Shown here piece after piece: positions 60,701-64,000 of a DNA stretch of 64,000 nt. The stretch's first letter is position 1, and every line of letters starts with the position of its first letter. The stretch is taken from positions 54,228,788 to 54,292,787 of the forward strand of contig CM120640.1 in assembly GCA_051362555.1 (NCBI GenBank), in the 5' to 3' direction. The translations under genes and the position numbers were made by a program. The notes under the pieces are model-generated. The model was not told the DNA's origin. It saw only the letters and a program-made list of their open reading frames with translations, and did no database searches. This DNA is from Lingula anatina (lineage: Eukaryota; Animalia; Brachiopoda).

Positions 60701-63700
60701 TCCTAGACCCCTTAAGAGTGTATTGACACTCTCTTTCACCATCTGGTATGGTAGTTCAGCAGTGGAAGACAACAACAGTGTAGTGAAAACTGCCAGTTGC
60801 ATTGTAGGGTAGGGATCAACACCAATGAAAAGTTTGTATGACAGATGAGTGCTCAAGAAAGTTAAATCAGTCATGAGTGACCCTGGACACCAGCGAACAT
60901 TTGTTTTTGCCTATGTCAGCATTACACCTAAGGTCGCTAAAGCCAACTCCCACATGAACCAAAAATAGTTTTAAACCAATAAGTAATAGATATTTTAATG
61001 TGTGCGATTGATTATATTTTTATTTTATATAGATATATTATATATTTCAAGGGGAATTTCATTTTTTAAAATCAACACAAAGGTAGATGCATTATTGAAT
61101 AATTAGGTGCAGCAAAAAACATTTTTGCTATCTAAATGATAATAAACCCTTACAGTACCCGTTTATATTCATTTTATCTGTAAAGTCTACATTTTATTTG
61201 TAAAGTTTATTTTTATGGATTTTAGACTCTAAATAAATTTCTTATTTATTATTATTATTATTATGTTATTAGCTTTTGGTGATTTTATTTCTGTTCTAGA
61301 GAGAAACAGTAGAAATTTTACCTTATCATATCTTGAGCATGCTAGAAAGACATTTCCTGCTTAGTGACAGCTAAAGTGAAACACCTGCTGTTACAGGAAC
61401 TTTTTTAAATGCATTGTGGGAATAAAATAGAAATATGATACAACATATTGAAGGAGGAACACTTGTGCTTAAATTTTTGTTGCACTGGAAACAAATCCAG
61501 AACATTTACTTTCAAAAATGTAATATTTATAAGGATTGGTTATCTTTTATTCACTTTCAATCGGAATTGAAGTGAACTCATTAATCAACATATAATTAGA
61601 AAGCTATAATCCTGGATTCTATCAATATTTATTTTCAGAGCAAATGATGACATAGATGTTCTTCATATTGATTATGGTACCACTGAGATCTTATTTGTAG
61701 ATGATGTTTATGATAAAGTGCCGGAGGAATTTGCTGAACCTGCTCCTTTTGCCTTCAGATGTAGATTAGCAGGAGTCAAACCAGTGAGCCTTTGATTTTC
61801 ATGTTAAGATACGACCTGATTGGTGTTTTTAAATATCATTTTGCAGAAAGTGACATGTTAGAAGTCATTATTTCAGTTTGTTATTGGATTTTATCAAAGA
61901 AAAATGCTTAATTAAAATTTTTGAACCACCGTTTTGAGCAAGTTTAAACTGGAAAATGCCAGCATCTGGTAACTACTTTAGTATTAAGTTAGTATTTACT
62001 ACAGATTGGTCAGTTATTTCAAACAAACTATCCAACTTGTGTCTTTTTGTCTAATATAATATGACTTTATGTTCATATCTGAAGATTGCTAGTTCTTGGA
62101 TATCACGTGCGACCCAAACCTTCTCAAAGCTAGTCTTCAACAAAACTCTCTCTGCCATATGGTTAGATTATCAGGAAGATGTTGCAAGTGTTGCCATTAT
62201 TTTGAGGTAAATTTATTCAATATATTTTAGCATCATAAGCATGACTGGTCTTAAAATTTGTTTACCAAGTAGCTGTTAATATTTTTAATATCAGTATCCA
62301 AAGTGTTATGTAATTTATTTAATTTCAAACACTTTTGAATTGACAGTCAGGACGAATTTGGACAGAAGAAATCTGTTGCCCAGGTTTTGGTGGATGAGGA
62401 GGTAGCAGTGGTGAGTCATTCTGACTTATGATATGGCATTAATTAAGTTTATATTAAGAAGATTATATGGTCTTGTCTTATATTTCTTTTAAATGTTCTT
62501 TTCTAATTGATTTTCAAATTTGCATTGCCTTTTTCATAACCTGTAACTTTATCTGAAAACATTAATCTTGAAATTTTATTATATTTGTCAGGCCATAGAG
62601 AACTTAAGTTTATCAAACAAAGGTTAGTGTTTAGATGTGAAATGGTAGTAACCTTTATTGAGAGACAAACTGTTGTACTGTCACAGCTTTAAAGATGAAA
62701 TGAATTTAGTAAGAACACAAATCTGGAAACTTTAAGATGACCATCCTCAGTAATTCACATTCTTGCCTTTTTTATTTGAGTATTGCTATCTAATTCTAGT
62801 CACTTCTATATTGCTGTCTGTGTTAACAGGCACCATGGCGACCGAGCAGGCTCAGCCTACTGTAACACTTAGTCTTCGTTTGTCTCTGTTTCTTTAACTT
62901 TGTTCATACAGTTTTTTTCCCAAAACACAATGAACTTATGAAAAGAATATTTGCCTTGAGTCGGAGAAAATATTATTTTGAAGTTATATGCTGAAATGTT
63001 TTGCAGACTCTGTTCAAACTAAGAAAGAAGCAGTCCAAAAAGCCCACCGCATCCCCGGGTTTAAATTGGAAATGCTAGCTCCAAAGAAATTTAAAGACGA
63101 AGAGTCAGAAGAATGTAAGTGTTGATTTTAGCAGTCCATCCTGGAGGAGTAGTTGTTTTTCAAAGAATAGAAATAAAGAACAAAAATGTGGGGACATTGT
63201 TTGAGTTAAATATATAATTTGTTTAATGAATTGTAAGGTAAGGTAAAGAAATTAAACAGGCAGAGTGCATTTTTAAAACTTTAAAAATATGAAATATGAC
63301 AACTGATACAAGTTTTTTTTTTTTTTTGCATTTGTTAACAATAAATGTACAACATTTTAGCTGATAATGAAGAAACTGTTAAAGCTGATCCAGAAATAGA
63401 GATTATGAAAGCAGGACTAGGAGACACAGATTGGGGTAAGACAGTTTTTATAGTGATATGCTGCCATTAATTAGTTTCCATTGTCAATATAAAGCTACCT
63501 TCAAAACTTATACGACATAGACTGGCTATTAATTTGGAATTAATTCGTTTGAAATTATTTGAGGTTGTTTTTTTCCCTTCCAGTACACAGCATTGGTATG
63601 ATATGTTACTTAGTACTGTACATGTACTAGTCTATATTCACATTATCACTAGTCTGAGGAAGTAATATACCCTGGCAGATTTCAAATTGCCAGACAAGTA

Positions 63701-64000
63701 CGCCTTTACATGTCACATGAAGATATTTTAGGGTCTCTTTAATTTGATCAGTTTGATTAGATATTAGGATGATACCATGAGTTACAAAATGACCTTGCTA
63801 GTCATATTGTTATTTTTTGTGGAATTGGAAATTAATGCCTATATAAATTCCATATTTTTCTTTTGTAGAACAGTCTGATCTTACTATTGCCAAAGGATAC
63901 TGCCCAGAGACCAATATCAACATCATGGAGAACATACGCTCAGAGATCAGAGGCATCAGAGGAGAGAAAAAAATGGAGCAAAAATTCAAAGGCATTTTTT
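57779..64000 (+). CDS. Extended-Tudor (Tudor-SN fold) domain protein, TDRD-like; 5' exons, continues past window end
   Basis: Phase-consistent exons: 57779..57872 (IKVTQVIDPSNFSAQ), 58888..59050 (LHVGQLVLVHSGIDNTWKRAEI), 61639..61783 (VLHIDYGTTE..PAPFAFRCRLAGVKP), 62085..62206 (SSWISRATQTFSKLVFNKTL), 62347..62410 (SVAQVLVDEEVAV), 62592..62622, 62830..62877, 63007..63114, 63361..63435 and 63869..>64000. Confidence 0.85.
59194..60711. mobile_element. Non-autonomous DNA transposon with TTAA target-site duplication (Kolobok-like), in Tudor intron 2
   Basis: The structure is TTAA|GGGGTCAAGGATATTAA ... TTAATATCCTAGACCCC|TTAA: a 17-bp TIR with 1 mismatch and TTAA on both sides. Purine-first termini are typical of Kolobok rather than piggyBac (CCC). 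The interior is CpG-rich with no transposase ORF. Confidence 0.78.

Noticed and set aside
59194-60711. piggyBac element
   Set aside because: The TTAA duplication fits, but the termini start GGGG rather than the CCY typical of piggyBac, so Kolobok-like is preferred.

Overview
AT-rich, intron-dense eukaryotic (animal) genomic DNA. The repeat content suggests a marine invertebrate, possibly a lophotrochozoan or mollusc, but this is inference. Six protein-coding genes can be read. In order they are: the 5' part of Treslin/TICRR (minus strand, runs off the left edge); an intronless membrane-anchored copper amine oxidase (minus); a 24-kb MTMR10/12-like myotubularin pseudophosphatase (minus); an intronless orphan class A GPCR (plus) nested antisense in the largest MTMR intron; a complete exocyst Sec15/EXOC6 gene (minus) with two paralogous alternative first coding exons; and, head-to-head with EXOC6, an extended-Tudor-domain gene (plus, runs off the right edge). 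The non-coding DNA is rich in palindromic elements. These include several MITEs, a TTAA-flanked Kolobok-like element, and a pearl/Helentron-type element carrying 15 x 146-bp repeats packed with nuclear-receptor (AGGTCA) motifs. There is also a 1.77-kb foldback with ~720-bp arms whose ~310-bp spacer carries strong splice donors that could form the 5' UTR exon of the amine oxidase. Exon boundaries were derived by eye from GT/AG sites and reading-frame phase, and no database searches were run.
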